This document shows positions 1-14,768 of a stretch of DNA of 64,000 bases, piece after piece. The stretch spans positions 62,001 to 126,000 of the forward strand of contig CT868011.1 of assembly GCA_000165425.1 (NCBI GenBank), in the 5' to 3' direction. The notes beneath the pieces were generated by a model. It saw only the letters and a program-made list of their open reading frames with translations, was not told the DNA's origin and ran no database searches. Positions within the stretch are counted from its first letter, which is position 1, and each line of letters begins with the position of its first letter. This stretch comes from Paramecium tetraurelia. Taxonomy: Eukaryota. The translations under genes and the position numbers were made by a program.

Positions 1-3000
1 TGATACACATGCATTACTACCATTAACGTGAAAACCAGAGGCACAAGTTTAACAAGTGCTTACACCTGTACATGTTAAGCAAGGATATTAACATTAAGTG
101 CAATTAGGTAAATCTGGGTAATAGCCTGGAATACAAGTTAAACAAGTAGTGCTGTTAGAACATGTTAAACAATTGTTTGTACATCTATTACAAGAGTTAG
201 GAGATGGGTCTGCTAAATAAAATCCATCATAACAAGAAGAACATTTATCAACTCCAGTATCAGTGCATGCCTTACAGGAGGAATTGCAAGTTGATGAACA
301 ATCAGCTCCATAAGAGCCATCAACACATGATGTACAAGTTGTACCATTTCCAGTGCAGTTCTTACAAGGAGCAGTACATTTAGTACAGGCGGGTCCAGCA
401 TTGTAATATCCTCCATTGTTTTCACATTCTGGTTGATCAGTAGTACAATTTTCAACACAATTTCTGCTGCAATCATCTCCAGGCACGCATGCTTTGCATT
501 ATCCAGGATTGGCTGGATCTGGATATTTGTTTGCAGCTGTGCAAGTTAGGCATGTTTGAACTTCATTAGAATAGGTACAAGTTGCACAATCTCCAGAACA
601 ATCATTTTTACAATTACTTCCGCTTTTATAATAGCTACTCCAACACGCTGTGCAAGTCGTATCATCGTCACACGCCAGACATCCTACTTTACATTAAGTA
701 CATGTTGAAGAAGTTTGATAAAAGCCAGGGATACAAGAATCACATGTACTTACATCTGGATCACAGGTCAAACAATGACTAGTACATTAATCACAAGAGG
801 ATCCATTCTTTATGAATCCAGGTCTGCACCCTTGGCAAGTGTTTGAATCAGTACATGTTGTGCACTTATCAGGGCATTTGTTGCAAGTGGCAGGTAAAGT
901 TGCTGAAGGATAATAGCCAGTTGCACATACTTAGCAGTTAGTATCAGATGTGACACAGGTTGTACAAGAAGCACTACAAGGTTGACATTGATTACTACTT
1001 GGAAAGTAACCATCTTAACAACTTGTACAATGTGAAGCAGATTAGTTTGAGCAAACTTTACAATTAGCATTACAAGGCTAGCAAGCATTACTATTATCAA
1101 GATAATAACCAGCAAAACAATCTTAACAAGTTCCATTGCCATCAGAAGAATAACTATTGCATGGGAAAACGAACACATTACAAGTATCAGTTGTTATATA
1201 AAATCCAGTAACACAAGTTTGACATTTTGTTGGTCCGGTTGATTTGCAAGTGGCACATGGTAATTGACATTGAGAACATGTGTTATCATTAATCAATTGA
1301 GTTGAACAAGTATCACATGTGTCAGAGGGACACTTGAGACAGCCTACAGCGGAACATTCTTGACATTCTTTGCTAGCATTAAGAAAGAAGCCATCGCCAC
1401 AATCAGTACATTCAGTGGCTGAATTACAAACATTGCATGGTTTTGTACATTGTTAGCAAGTAGTTGTGCCATTAGGATAATATCCAGGTAGACATGTTGT
1501 ACAGGAGGCCTTTGTACACAAGAGACAATTGCTAGTACATTTTTCGCATGTATTATTATCAGGATAGTATCCGCCAAGACATTTGGAACATTCAGTTTTA
1601 CTATCTGGGCATTCTAAACAAGATGGTGAGACTAGACTGCAAGACTTGCAATCTCCAGAATCAAGATGGTATCCAGTGATGCAAGATGAACAATTTCCTG
1701 GATCAGTTGAAGAACATTTTAAACAATTGTTAGGACAAGCTGAACAAGTCGTCCCAGATAAGAAATATCCATCGATACAACTTGTCTTACATGCTGTTTA
1801 TGTAGTACATTAGAGACATGGTAGTTAACATTAGGTACAAGCTGCTCCATTTTTATAAAACCCATCAATGCAACTTGTGCAAGTATTTTAATCGGAACAA
1901 GTTAAGCATGCTTTTGGACATTAACTACAGGAATTGTTGTTTGGGTAGTATCCGGGGGGGCATGAATCGCACTTTGTTTGGTCTTCACCTGTACATGTAA
2001 GACAAGGGAAAGTGCAAGCTTTACATGTATTATCTGCCATTTTGACAAATCCAGGAACACAGCTCTCACATGTAGTGGGATTTCCTGAACAAGTTGAACA
2101 AGCATAACTACATTAATCGCAACTACCACTGTTGCATACATATCCTGTCATGCAAGTAGTACAGGTAGAAGCTGATTCACATGTGACCATAGGACTCACG
2201 CATTGTAAACAATTATAGTGAGTTGCATCTACTTAATTTTTATAATATCCACTAGCACAATCAGTACAATTATCAGCAGCAGTGCATTTTGTGCAAGAGA
2301 GTGGACACACTGAACATGCATTATTATTAGGATAATATCCATCGATGCAATTTTAGCATGAATTAGCTGCTGTGTCACAGGTCTTACATATATATAAGCA
2401 GGGTTAACATTGATCGGATGCTAATGATGTATTTTTCCAAAAACCAGTATCACAATTTGTACAGTTGTTTGCTGTTGTCTCACATTCCAAACATTAATTA
2501 GCACAAATTGTGCATTATTTATTATTGACGTAGTATCCAGTCACACAACTGCTGCATTCTACTGATGAAGTGGCACTGTTATATGTGCATCCAGTACAAT
2601 TATTTGGACATTTAGTGCATGTTGCTGCATTCAAATATGATCCACTAGGACAAGATAGACAAGCATTATTGCCACTTGCATTACAAGTGAGACATATACT
2701 TGCACATTACACGCAATTGCTATTTGAATCCATATAATATCCACTAACACACTCAGTACCAGTACATTTTGTATCTGATTCACAAGTCAGACAATGATTA
2801 GTACAAATAATACAAATATTTGTAGAGGATACGTAGTATCCATTTGGGCAGGCAGTACATTTAGTACTAGTCTTTTCACAAGCATCGCAATTGGCATCAC
2901 AAATGTTACAAGTTCCTGGGGTATTAGGATCTGTTAAGAAGTATCCTTTTTCACAAGTTTTACATGTAGTTAAATTTGTACAAGACACACAAGGATATTA

Positions 3001-6000
3001 GCATTGTTTGCATAAAAAGTTAGTATCATCCCAAAAATCACCAGAATAACATGATAAACACTGATCTCCTGAAGTTGAATTTTTACAAGTCTTACATGGC
3101 TCAATGCAAACCTTACATGTGTTTTACCCAGTGGGTTGATAAAATCCGTCATAGCAAGCCGTACAATAATTTTTATCGTTTTAAGAACAGGTTTTACATA
3201 AATTGCTACACTATAGACATTAATTGTTATTATTATAATAATATCCAGGAGAGCAAGATTAGCAATTCTTAGGATCAGATTAACTGCATGAAGTACATTC
3301 CGGAGAGCATTGGTTGCATGTATGATTCACATCGTCTAATACCAAACCTGAATCACAAACTGTACATTTAGTGGCATTATCAACACAACCATAACATGGA
3401 TTTGTACATTTGGTACAAGTAACTGCATTTGGATTAGTTTTATCTAAGAAGAATCCAATATCGCAACCAGTGCAGTTATTGGCATCACTGCATTTAGCAC
3501 ACTGAGCTGCGCAAAGAGTGCATACTTTACTACCATTGACATAATACCCATCAACGCAACCTGTGCATGAAGTAGCAGAATCACAAGCAGTGCAATTAAC
3601 TGGACACTCAGTACATGTGCCAGGAGCACTCAAATAATAACCTTGAACACAGGCTTAACAATCAGTTAAAGAAGCAACACAATTAGTGCATGGTAAAGTA
3701 CATTATGTACAAGAATTGTTATTTTCAGAATAATAGTATCCATAAACACAACCTGTACATTTATCTTAATTATTGACGCATTTAGCACAAGGGGCTTTAC
3801 AAAGATCACATGTAGTAGTACTAGATTAATAATACCCATCGACACAAGAGTCACAAGAATTGGCTTAGGTTGAACAAGTCGAACAAGGACTTGTACAAGC
3901 ATTGCAAGGACCATCAGCACCTCCACTTTTGAAGTATCCACTTTGACATGACGAACAAGTGTTAGCATCAACTGTACAAGCCACGCATGATTTTGAGCAA
4001 GCAGTGCAAGTGTAATTTGGATCACCAGTGTAAAAGAATCCTTGAACACATGATCGACAAGATGTGGCTGAATCTTTGCAAGTGGCGCAAGGTGATGTAC
4101 ATTAAGCACACGTATTACTATTTAAGTATGTTCCTGCATAACAACTTGTACAATTTGTAGCACTTGTAATACAACCAGCACATTCGTTGGAACATTATGA
4201 ACAAGTGTTATCATGTTAATAATAGCCTACAACACAGCTTTGACATCCATTTTAGGAACTCTAACATGTAGTGCATGGTTTCAAACAAATTTAACAATTA
4301 GAACCATCATATTCATACCCTGCAACACAATCTGTACACTTACCATCAGTACCGCAAGTGGAACAAGGGTAGGCACATTTAACACAATCAGTGTTGCTTA
4401 GATAATAGCCTGGAACACAGGATTAGCATTCTGTTTTACTAAGACAATTCACACAAGGAAATTCACAAGTGATACATTAATTAGTATTTAAGTATTTTCC
4501 ATCATAACATTTAGTGCAATTAGTTGCTGAATCTTTACATTCTTAGCAGGTGATTGAACAAACTGAGCAAGTATTGCTATTCAAATAAGAACCTTTTGAA
4601 CAAGCAGTACATTCAGTAGCTGAGGTCTCACAATCAGTGCATGTATTAGAACAGGGCAAACAATTATTATTATTAAAATATCTGCCAACATAGCATGCTG
4701 TACACTTAGTGGCTGATTCAACACAAGTAAAACATTTATTTGAACATTCGGTACATTTGTCTCCATCCTTGAAATACCCTGGGACACAGGAAGTACAGGT
4801 CTTGGCTGCACTTAAACATGTCAAACAATTTGCATCACACAAGTCACATGTGTTGGTAGCTCCATTTAAAAAGTAACCTGATGAACAGGATGTACAATTA
4901 GTTGATGAGTTTATACAATTTTCACAACTATTTGAACAAGCATTACAGGCATTCTTATTCAGATAGTATTTTGGTTTACAAGTAGTGCATGTGGTTCCAT
5001 TCAAACAGTATTCGCAATTGCTAACAGCTAGAGTACATTTTGAGCATTTAGTTCCATCAAGGAAGGTTCCATCTGAACAGGATGTGCAGGTATTGCCATC
5101 TGAACATGTCATGCAACTTACCATTTAGGTAGAACACAAGAAACATGCACCACTTTTTAAGTAGAATCCTGTTGTGCATTTTGTGCAATTTTATCCACTT
5201 GAACACTATTTGCAGTAACTGATAGTGTCAGAACATTGGATGCATTATTGTCCACTTGTATAGTAGGCAGCAGAAACACAAGAGGTGCATGTTGATGAGT
5301 CTGAGCAGGCTGAACAATTTTGATCAAGTGTTGTGCAAAGAATGCAACTACCATTACTGAGGTAGGATCCAACTGCGCATTCAGTACATTTGGTTTCATC
5401 TGGACAAGCGTTGCATTTGGTTAACTTGTCCTAACAACGAAGACATTGGTTATTATTCAGATAGTAGCCTTTGACGCAGGAATTACAGTATGTGCTAAAA
5501 AGTGATGAACATGAAATTATACTCCGATTGGCAGGTTGCACAATACTGATTGCAAGGCAAACAAGAGTTAAAGCTTTGGAAATAGGTGGAGTAGTCAAAA
5601 GTAGTTTGTGCTCCATTGAATTCATCTGGAGTGTAGGTTGGGAATACATTGTAATATCCATCGGAACAAACAGTGCAGATACCAGTGCTTATACTAAAGG
5701 TTTTACAATTGTTATTTTAAACACATATTCCACCTTAAATTAAAATATTCATTTACCTATTTGAGTCGATTACCCATTGCATTGGAAACACACTATGGTT
5801 GAGCCGTCTGCTGAAAAACCTCCTCTTACACAGTTGGTATCAGGGTGTTTAATACAAGTTCTAAAATTATTATTTTTGATTACAATCCGATTTGATAATA
5901 TCCATCCGAACATGTTACATAATTGCATGTATTTGCACTTGTGCAAGTACAATACCCTCCAGCTATCTGCTAGCATGGCATACAGATCTGTCCATTAAAG

Positions 6001-6163
6001 TAAGACCCTATTGTGCAAAACAACCATTACCCTTAGTACACGCAAATTGAGGATTATTCGAGTTAAGTCCCTAATCAGTATTGCTCGGTTAATTTATAGC
6101 AGTATCTCCTTTAACCACTATCGTCAATAGCACGCAAAGAAACAAAGATTTCTTCAAGTTCAT
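1..6163 (-). CDS. Giant cysteine-rich (furin-like / growth-factor-receptor CxxC repeat) surface protein, about 2000 aa in window, 3' end outside window
   Basis: ATG at 6163 gives signal-peptide-like MNLKKSLFLCVLLTIVVKG. Introns at 6008-6030, 5861-5883, ~5734-5756 and ~5495-5522. Then dozens of C-x2-C-x2-C...C-x2-C-x2-G(Y/F)(Y/F) repeats, with TAA/TAG read as Gln joining the ORF-track fragments. Confidence 0.9.
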
Positions 6164-8322
6164 ATTTGTTAATATAATTTAATTAATACAAAATATCTTG
6201 AATGATTGAACTCTTATAATTACCTGATAAGACGACGCACAGAATTTGTCCAACATTTCCATACTTTTTAATATTTTTACTATTCTAAAAATGCAGAATG
6301 AATGCTAATTTATTTTTTTTATTGCTATAAATCTTATTAATATATCATTATCCTAATAATTAAACTAATTCTATTCCTTCTCTCTCTAAATCCTTCTCTT
6401 CTCCTTAACTCTGATATTAATCAAACTTAATTTTCTCACCCCCCTTTCTCATAGACTTGGAACTGTAATAAATCTTTTAAATAATTACCCCATCAAATCA
6501 CAATTAATTTACTCTCTATGCCAATTGTTGATTATTACCCCGATCAATAGAATTCACTAAATGACACTACAGAAGGAAGTTGCCTTCTAAAAAGCTGTAG
6601 TTACTTTTTCGGACTTATGAAATTTCAATTATATATTTATTCAACTTAAAATTTATCAAAGCAAGTCACCCAAAGAATCGATGTCTAATCTCACAATTCT
6701 AGAGGAGACTTGCTACACACTTATTCATTTTAAGTATTATTATGTCAAGAATATTAATACTCAATCGTATAGTTTTAATTATTAATTCAATTAATGAAAG
6801 GACTTTTAATATCAATATCATAATTTCTGGAATTAATTCAACAATTCTAAGCGTCTTAGTCTTTCCAAACATAATTACACCTCTTAATGGATTATCTTAC
6901 TAATACCTGAATTTCCTCATTAAACTTTATGTTAAATCAAAATAAAACACCACTCTCATTATAATTATCAAAAGAAATTTTTCAAATCCTCTTTTTTCCT
7001 ATTCGTTTATATCATCCTATCATAATTTATAATCTTTTATCGATTTATAATCAATATAGCATCAAACTCATAAATTATAAAAGAATCAATTAAGTAATAT
7101 TACGAGTAAGATTTTTTATAAGCCGCTTTCATCAGCCTAATTCAATTTCTAAACATCAAAAGTATAATAAAAAGTTGCATTTCAGAAGATTGGCTGCTAG
7201 TAAAAAGAATTAAATTAGTTGTCAAGATCCATAAAAAAAAGGATAAAAATCATTATTAATCTAAGTTTTTAAGTCATTGAATTTATAAATTAGTATGATA
7301 ATATCGATCATTTTTATAAAAATTTCAATCATCTATTTTTGTTTCACTTGCTTATTAGATTGAGTAACTTAGTATAGAGATCCAAAGCCAAAAGGAATTT
7401 GGTATTGGCTTGATATTAATATATTCATTTTATAATAATAACTATTTTATGAAGAATAATGTCAAAATGTTAAATGATAGTGAAGAATCCATTTCAATAT
7501 AAATTACATCTGAACTTTTGAGAGATAGTGGTAATAATAGATAATTACAATAAGAACGATAATTGGATTAATAGTTTTCAAAAATTATATTAGAATATAG
7601 TTTACACCGATAATGCTTTCTTTCTTATTTTTTGTTGTTTTAAATTCAAAAGAAATTTAAAATTAATAATTAAATAAGTATTCGTGGAACTTATCTTATT
7701 TTTTCTTAACAATACACAAAATTTTGCCCTTTTTATAAGCGATTTATTTTAAGGATAAATGAATTTTCTAAATGACAATTTAGAATTATTGAACGCTCCC
7801 CTTGATATTTTTATTAGATTAAAAATTAGAGTGAATCCTAAAAATTATAACTTAATTTTGAGTTTGCAACTTTCAAAGAACAAGAATATTATTTCGTACT
7901 ATTTATGCTACTAAGAAACGATTGATATTTTTATTTATTTAATTTGCAATTTATTAGATTTACCTTTTTCAAGATCTCCAGAGATAAATGGCTGTAATAA
8001 TTTAATACCCAGATAATTTTTAAAGTGATAAACTTATAATATAATAAATATCACAATTATCTAGGATTGCTCTATGCAAAATAATTTTGGTATTCGTTAA
8101 ATGTTCGAATTCGAGAATAGCATAATTTAATTTATTAAGTTTTAAATTATATTTATGTTTAATAAATATAAACTGAAATTAGGAAAGGGGTTAGATCAAA
8201 GAAAGAGTATAGTAGAAATTCTTAATCAAAAGTAAATAAATAAACTAAATTTAAAGACTCAGAAAAGAATATTTTTAAACTACTAAGATTTCTTTCTCTA
8301 ATCCACACATCTATTATAAATA

Positions 8323-9429
8323 TCAATTATTTTTATTATCAGATTTTGATGAAAATAATCTGCTGATTATCTTAGCCTATGGTTTTCTCTACAAAAACGA
8401 TCTGCCTTTGCTCTAAGAGAATCCTTGCTAAGTTCCTTGATTGGGAGAATGAATCTGAGGCAATACGTCTTGAGATTCAGCACTGTTTAATTTATACTAA
8501 ATTTTGTTCTGAATTTATTGACCTCCTGACTCTCGCATGGTTTCTTAAGCAGTCTTTGACTTCCTCATCAGAGAATCCTCAGGATGAGCGTAGAGTATTT
8601 CATTTCCTTGGATGGTTTATTTGGAGGAATTGGTTCTTATGGCTGTGTCTTGTTATGATATTGGTCCATAACCATAAGGAAGATTTTTGGCTTATTACAA
8701 TTTAGGTTAGATTTGAGGGAGAAAGGCAGTTGAATTACTTTTCTTCAAAAGATCATTTAAATTCTAACGATTGTTGAAACGATCAGATTCAAGGAGCGAC
8801 TTCTTATAGCTGGGAAAGTCCATTTGATCTGACGACAGTCTAGTTACATTGTCTGTTTCATTTTATTTGGTATGAAATTGGACTCGCAGAGCGGAATCGG
8901 CAGTATTGATAGTCCCTTCCATTTTTTATCGAAGCATACGTGAACCTACAAAATTCTTGTTGATGGGTTTTGGAGGCTGCATTTCATTTTATTGATTTTT
9001 GTGTACGAATTCATCACGTATGTCTGTTTCTTTGATTCGTTTGATTTGCTCTTGATAAGTAACTTTATTGCGGGATTCGTAAAGTTACGGAGGAGATTGT
9101 GGCTTTTAACTAATACCTTTGATGACTTTGACAGGAGAACTAGAGATAGGATTAGTTTGGTACGTGATTTTTTATGGTTAAGCATTTAGTTTGTTCTGCA
9201 TAAATTATCCATTATTTCGTTTGCTTGAACTCTGCTGCGTCTCATGTTGAATAAGACGTGGTTGAGCAGGCTTAAATGTGTATTCCATTTGTGGTCTTCC
9301 TGATCCCTTAGAACTAGTTATAGAATTTTTGAGGCCTGATTGGTTTGGATTGAAAAATGTGGCTGTTTGTTTGAATGCATCCTAAAGTCTGGAATCATCA
9401 AAACAATCCTAGTATTCGTAATGATTCAT
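8323..9429 (-). CDS. Hypothetical Q/S/P-rich low-complexity protein
   Basis: TGA-free frame of >300 codons from ATG 9429 (MNHYEYQDCFDDSRLQDAF...). The 3' end assumes one 31-nt intron and is uncertain. Confidence 0.65.
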
Positions 9430-9870
9430 TATTTTAAATTATATAAAAAATGTTTAGAAATAAAATAGTTGTGATCCAAAAGAAGCCATTTTCATATAAA
9501 TCTGAACTAATCTATTCTGATAAAAGCGATTAAATATCATTGAAATAGCATTTAAATGTATATTTAGTGAATTCTCGGAATTTTATTAATTAGAAAAATA
9601 ATTAAATGGATGAATATCAATATATTCATGAGAATAAGAATTGGTAAAAGATGATGGTTCAATCGACCATTTTAGTTTCTAAAGGAATTACTTCGAATTA
9701 ATTTTACTGTAATTTATTAAGCATTATTTCTAATTTATATTAAAAGCTGTTTATTTATTCTTCTATCAATTGCTGTTTTTTCAAGATGATTTCTATTTTT
9801 ATGCCAAATTTCTACAAAGACCTTGAAATTTATTTGAATAATGGCGATTTAATTTAATTCTTTTTAAATT

Positions 9871-12192
9871 ATGAGTTCGTTAGGACCTTTGATAGTGATA
9901 ATTTTGGTTATTATAATTGGAATTCTTTGGTACTTTATACATTTGATTGCACAAGTAAGCATACCTATTCTACATTTAGGGGTTCTCATAACTTTATAAA
10001 GACGAGTCAGCCTTTTTGAGTGATCAATTAAAGGCATTGTTGGGAGTGGATGATATACAACGAAATTCGTACCGTCCGTCAGTAGAACCACTATATATAT
10101 CAAACATAGTTGACCTAATTGTATCTTCCATACGAGGATTATGGCTTGGTCAATTGTTATACATACTTTTGCTTTTGTTCCTATTTTTCATAGTCGTTGG
10201 AGTTTTCTTCATTGAATAACCCTTCTAATTCCTCTTCAATATGATTGTGGGAGTCGTGACTGTGTCGTTATTTTCACATTATATCATTTAGACGAATGGC
10301 AAGGGATTAACCCGTGCGTTGATATCGGTATGATGTAAAATTTAAGAAGGCTTCATTTTCAAAGGAGGATTGTTATAGTTACATGTATTCATGCGGTTTC
10401 GCAATGCTGAGTCTACTTATAAGCTTATTTTTGGGGATGTATGTCCTAATGTATTATTTCAACCTTGCCATTTGGGGAGGGGAATTAAAATAAAAAGATT
10501 ATGAAAAAATATCAATTCTAATGATAGGGTACCTAATGGGATTGCTAATGGGTGGATTTATATACAGAGAAGGTTTATCATTAATGAGTAGATCATTTAA
10601 AACTGCAACTATTGGATTAATTAAATCTGATGTGAACTTAAGTGTTGGAAACAGCAACATCTCCTAATTGACAAGATTGACATACATGGTTTCTCAGTAG
10701 ACAGGCAATACTCTAATAAATTACTTAGATATTGGATTTGTCTTAGTATTTTTGTGTTGTTCAGTCCTCACATTGTTCTTGAATAGTGCTGAAGTTTTGG
10801 AGAGTGAAAATAAAAACATCTTTATGTTGGGACCAATCTATTTGATATGTTTAGGATATTTCGGATCCATCTGTTGTTATCTGTTGAGAACTATGTGTAG
10901 AGATTCATAAGCACCCTCTTTTACTGCTATTAATGTTAGGTGGCAAGTCATAATGGGAGCTTTGATCTCCTTCATTATCTTGGTTACATTCCCATTTAAC
11001 TTTCTAATATCTCAATTCACCTTGAAAGGAAATAATAGTCAAGACATTGATTTAAGTGGAAAGTCCTCTACTCATGCTTGCTGGTGTTACTTGTTGGGAT
11101 TGATATTTAATGTGATCCACATTAGTTTATTTGAATGGTATACATCTCATGGATGTTCAAAAGTTCGAAATCTCGTAAATTATTCAATTCAAATAGGGAT
11201 TAGCAACGAGTGATCGCATTATGTCTATGAATCTAATATATTCCAACTATTTAGGAGATTTGTTCTCTGCAATTCCTCTGGTTCTCATGCTCTTATTAAT
11301 CACAATTGTTTATTCCATTCAGGGATTTGCTGGATTGCTATTTGCTGCCTCTGGGTACACATCTGTCTTTATCATCTATGGTATCATATACTAAATTGGA
11401 TGCAATTCATCAGAATCATACAAACTCACTTGCTTTGTGCATTTCAAATCTGAAATTTAAGGAAGAATTTTTGCCATTTATTGGGAAGCTAAGAATTACA
11501 TGATCTATCTTAAATCCACAAATGCAGGAGCTCTAACCTTGATCTCAATAGGATTTATAGGATCACAGTTGTATCAACATCCTGGAACATTGGGTTCTCT
11601 TTTTACTCATTACAAAGGAATCATTGGATTATTGATAGGATTTACATTAATGTTTGTCTGCAGAGGCCTTAGTATATGGGCAATTATAAATATGGCCAAA
11701 ACCTATGTAAATTTATTTATATCGTAGTTCATTTGCCAACCCTCCAATGATTCCGAAGGCAAAATAAACTATTTTTCTGACAATCGTATCATTGAATTTA
11801 CAAAAGTTAAATACACTCAAAGTATTCTTCATGTGGCTTATAATATTCTCTTTCTGACTTTTACTTTGTTGTTAACAGGATATTTGTATGGCCAATAAGG
11901 TACAATTGCTGCTATGATTGGCTCATCCATAAGCATACTATTGATTCAATATAATGGTTTAATCAAAGGGACAGCCCTTGAAAATGCTAAGATTTATAAT
12001 GAAAGTACTTCTTAAATGCTATTGATAGTTGAGGACAACAGAAAGACTTCCCATTATGTCATGTATGTTGCTGGAGATACCTACGCTTGTGCTACTGAGG
12101 AGAGTAATGCTTGTCCTTTAGTTGCTTATTTTATTTTCAGTTATTGTCTATTGATTTCTTGTCAAAATAAATTCACTTCAGCAGATCAATGA
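9871..12192 (+). CDS. Membrane H+-translocating pyrophosphatase (V-PPase) homolog, predicted catalytically inactive
   Basis: About 740-aa polytopic membrane protein with 4 inferred tiny introns, colinear by eye with plant AVP1: EWYTSHGCSKVRNL ~ EYYTSNAYSPVQDV; KGIIGLLIG ~ KVIIGLLVG; GTALENAKIY ~ GGAWDNAKKY; VAGDTYA ~ VIGDTIG. Confidence 0.85.
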
Positions 12193-12655
12193 ATTATTAT
12201 ATTAAATTCCAACATGCAATATCATTATCAAGTTTTTAATCTCCCATAGAGCATAGTAGTAGACTATAATTGAATAAATATTCTCAAAGCAGAAGGAGAA
12301 GATTTAAAGATGATCTTGCTAAAATCAAATTAACTATACTGGAGAAATATTCAAAACTAATACAATTATAATCAACAAAAGAAAGAGGTTTAAAATCAGA
12401 GTTAATGTTTGGATATCTAATTAAAATCAAAAGGAATCAATCATACAAATTTGTATTTCTAATTAAAAGAAAAAATCTTCTTTCACCTAGGTTATTATAA
12501 AGAAATTTACAAAATTTAATTTCATAATTAATTATTCATTTGAAAAATCTATCCTGCGTTAGAAATAAAAGTAGTTAATAGATTATCATATAATATTATA
12601 GTGAATTGAAATTCAAATAATTGTTTATCATACATAATAAATATTAGTTCAAAAA

Positions 12656-14189
12656 TCAATCTGATTTTTTTATATGCATTCGCTATTATTATTATGCTAA
12701 CATTTGAATACAATTATGATTTGTTTTATCTTTATTATTTTTGAAAATTGTTGAAGCCTAAATTCTGCATTATATTCATTCAGACTATAGAATATCTGAT
12801 AAATACATGATGTAAGGCTAACAAAAGTTAGGCTAATATTTTTGGCTTTATATTTTCTTTCAGCTATTCCCACAATAAATCTATTTGGAAGCTTCGCTTG
12901 AAATTATTTTAATTTCTTATTTAATTTTCTTAAACGAACTAATTAAAAATAGAAACTTACTCAAATATATTTTATTTAGATTATCCCATCTTAATTTTAA
13001 TTCTTTCATTCAATTGTAAATTGTCTGAGTTTATTTCACTCATAATGAAAATATCATTTAGAAATTCTAAACAATTTCTACTATCATTTTCAGTATAATT
13101 ACTTCTAACTTTATGAAAAGAAATCTCTATCATCAAGAATAGTGAACAAATGTTTAGTTTTCAACGGTAAAGTGGCATCTAAAATAGAAAAAGCATGTGA
13201 TTTTGTGGAGTCAAATCTCTCCTATTTATTGGAAGATGTTCTGAGTTTCAATGCATCCAAAAGAATTTCTATTTCAGTTTCATCTTTCTGGTGTGTGATA
13301 CACTCTTCTAATCTTTCAAATAATTTCTACTGCTTATGTAAAAATACTTAAAACTATGCTTAACTTCTCTTATTATTTGTTATGGGTTTCAATGCATTTT
13401 TGCAACTTGATACATTGTTCTCTCAATTTATCATTTTCCTCCTCCAAGTCTTTGACTCTATTCTCCAATAGTTCGAAATAGATCTTCTTACGATCTCTTG
13501 AATATCTTGCGGATTCTCTATTTCTCTTCTATTTGATTCGATTTAGGTCTAGATTTCCATCATTAATTGAATCTTGATTTTCAAATGAAGATTGATCGCT
13601 GTGTTCCACGTTAAGCTGCAGTTGCTATTCATTTTTCCTTTCCATTTTCTATTGACTTCTTCTAAATTCGATTTGTTTGTCCCAGATTCTAGTTATTGGT
13701 TTAATTGTTTTTTTTGGTATTTTTTCCTAATAAAATTTATTAAATTAATTACTTCTGCTTTTATTGGTTTTATAATTTTAACTTCATCTTTTGAGTTATC
13801 TCCATCACTTCCACTTCTTGGTTATCTCTCAAAAGAACTGTCAGTTTTAATGCATAATCTATCCATTCCCAACATTTTCAATTAAATGGCTCTTGACATT
13901 TCATTAGTTCCTTGGTCTAATTCTTCAAAAATCTGAATTTTAGGAAGTTATAGTATCTATTGCGCTTAGGTGTAAGGGTCATGCATAACAGAAATTCGAT
14001 TAAATCTTAATTGATATCAGATGATCTATTATAATAATTGTTTGTGTCTACTCATTGTAAAAATAGGGGTTACCAATTTTAGGATAACTCACGAATTGTT
14101 AGTTTTAAAATTAAATAAAATAATCTCATTTATTAATTTAAAACATTACCTTAAGATAAATCAGAATGTTGAATTAATTTTGGTTCCAT
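12656..14189 (-). CDS. bZIP transcription factor
   Basis: Basic region plus zipper LNRIKQKRNRESARYSRDRKKIYFELLENRVKDLEEENDKLREQCIKL at ~13400-13550; several tiny introns. Confidence 0.85.
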
Positions 14190-14768
14190 ATATTTTAGTA
14201 TTTACATAAGCAAAATTTAATTTATCATCATTCAACAAGAAATGACAACACACTAAAAATTTAAAAAAAATAAAATTAAATTCTTCTATTCCATTTAATC
14301 ATCCGATCATATTTGAATTTGTGGACATATTTGCAATAACCATTCCTTTTTCAATTGCTTCTTTATGATGCTATAAAATTGATATTTAATATACACAGAT
14401 GCAAAATCTTATTATAGCTCACTTAAATATAATTCTTAAACAGTTCTTTAAAGATATAATGATAAAAGTTACTGTGTTGTAAATTACAAGAATCACTACT
14501 GCTTCTCTATTTAAAAGGAGTTTCATTAGCCTATAAAACAATCAATTTTATCTTCTATTGAGTCTATTTGAGACTTTAAAAATTTTAATACACTATTATT
14601 TTATCTCAAATGAATTAGAAATGATAATTAAGTTTTCATACTATTTTCTATGAATAATAATTTCACAAGTTCTTTTTTCGTATAGATAATTATTAAGATG
14701 TAGTGATTTATTAGTTATTGGGTTATATCTAAATATAAATTAAGATTTAAAATAAATTAGTACCTGAT

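Noticed and set aside
6561..6605. ATGAC-led hairpin (ACTACAG...CTGTAGT) as a possible SECIS element
   Set aside because: No 3' GA to form the quartet, and it is not in the 3' UTR of a TGA-containing gene.
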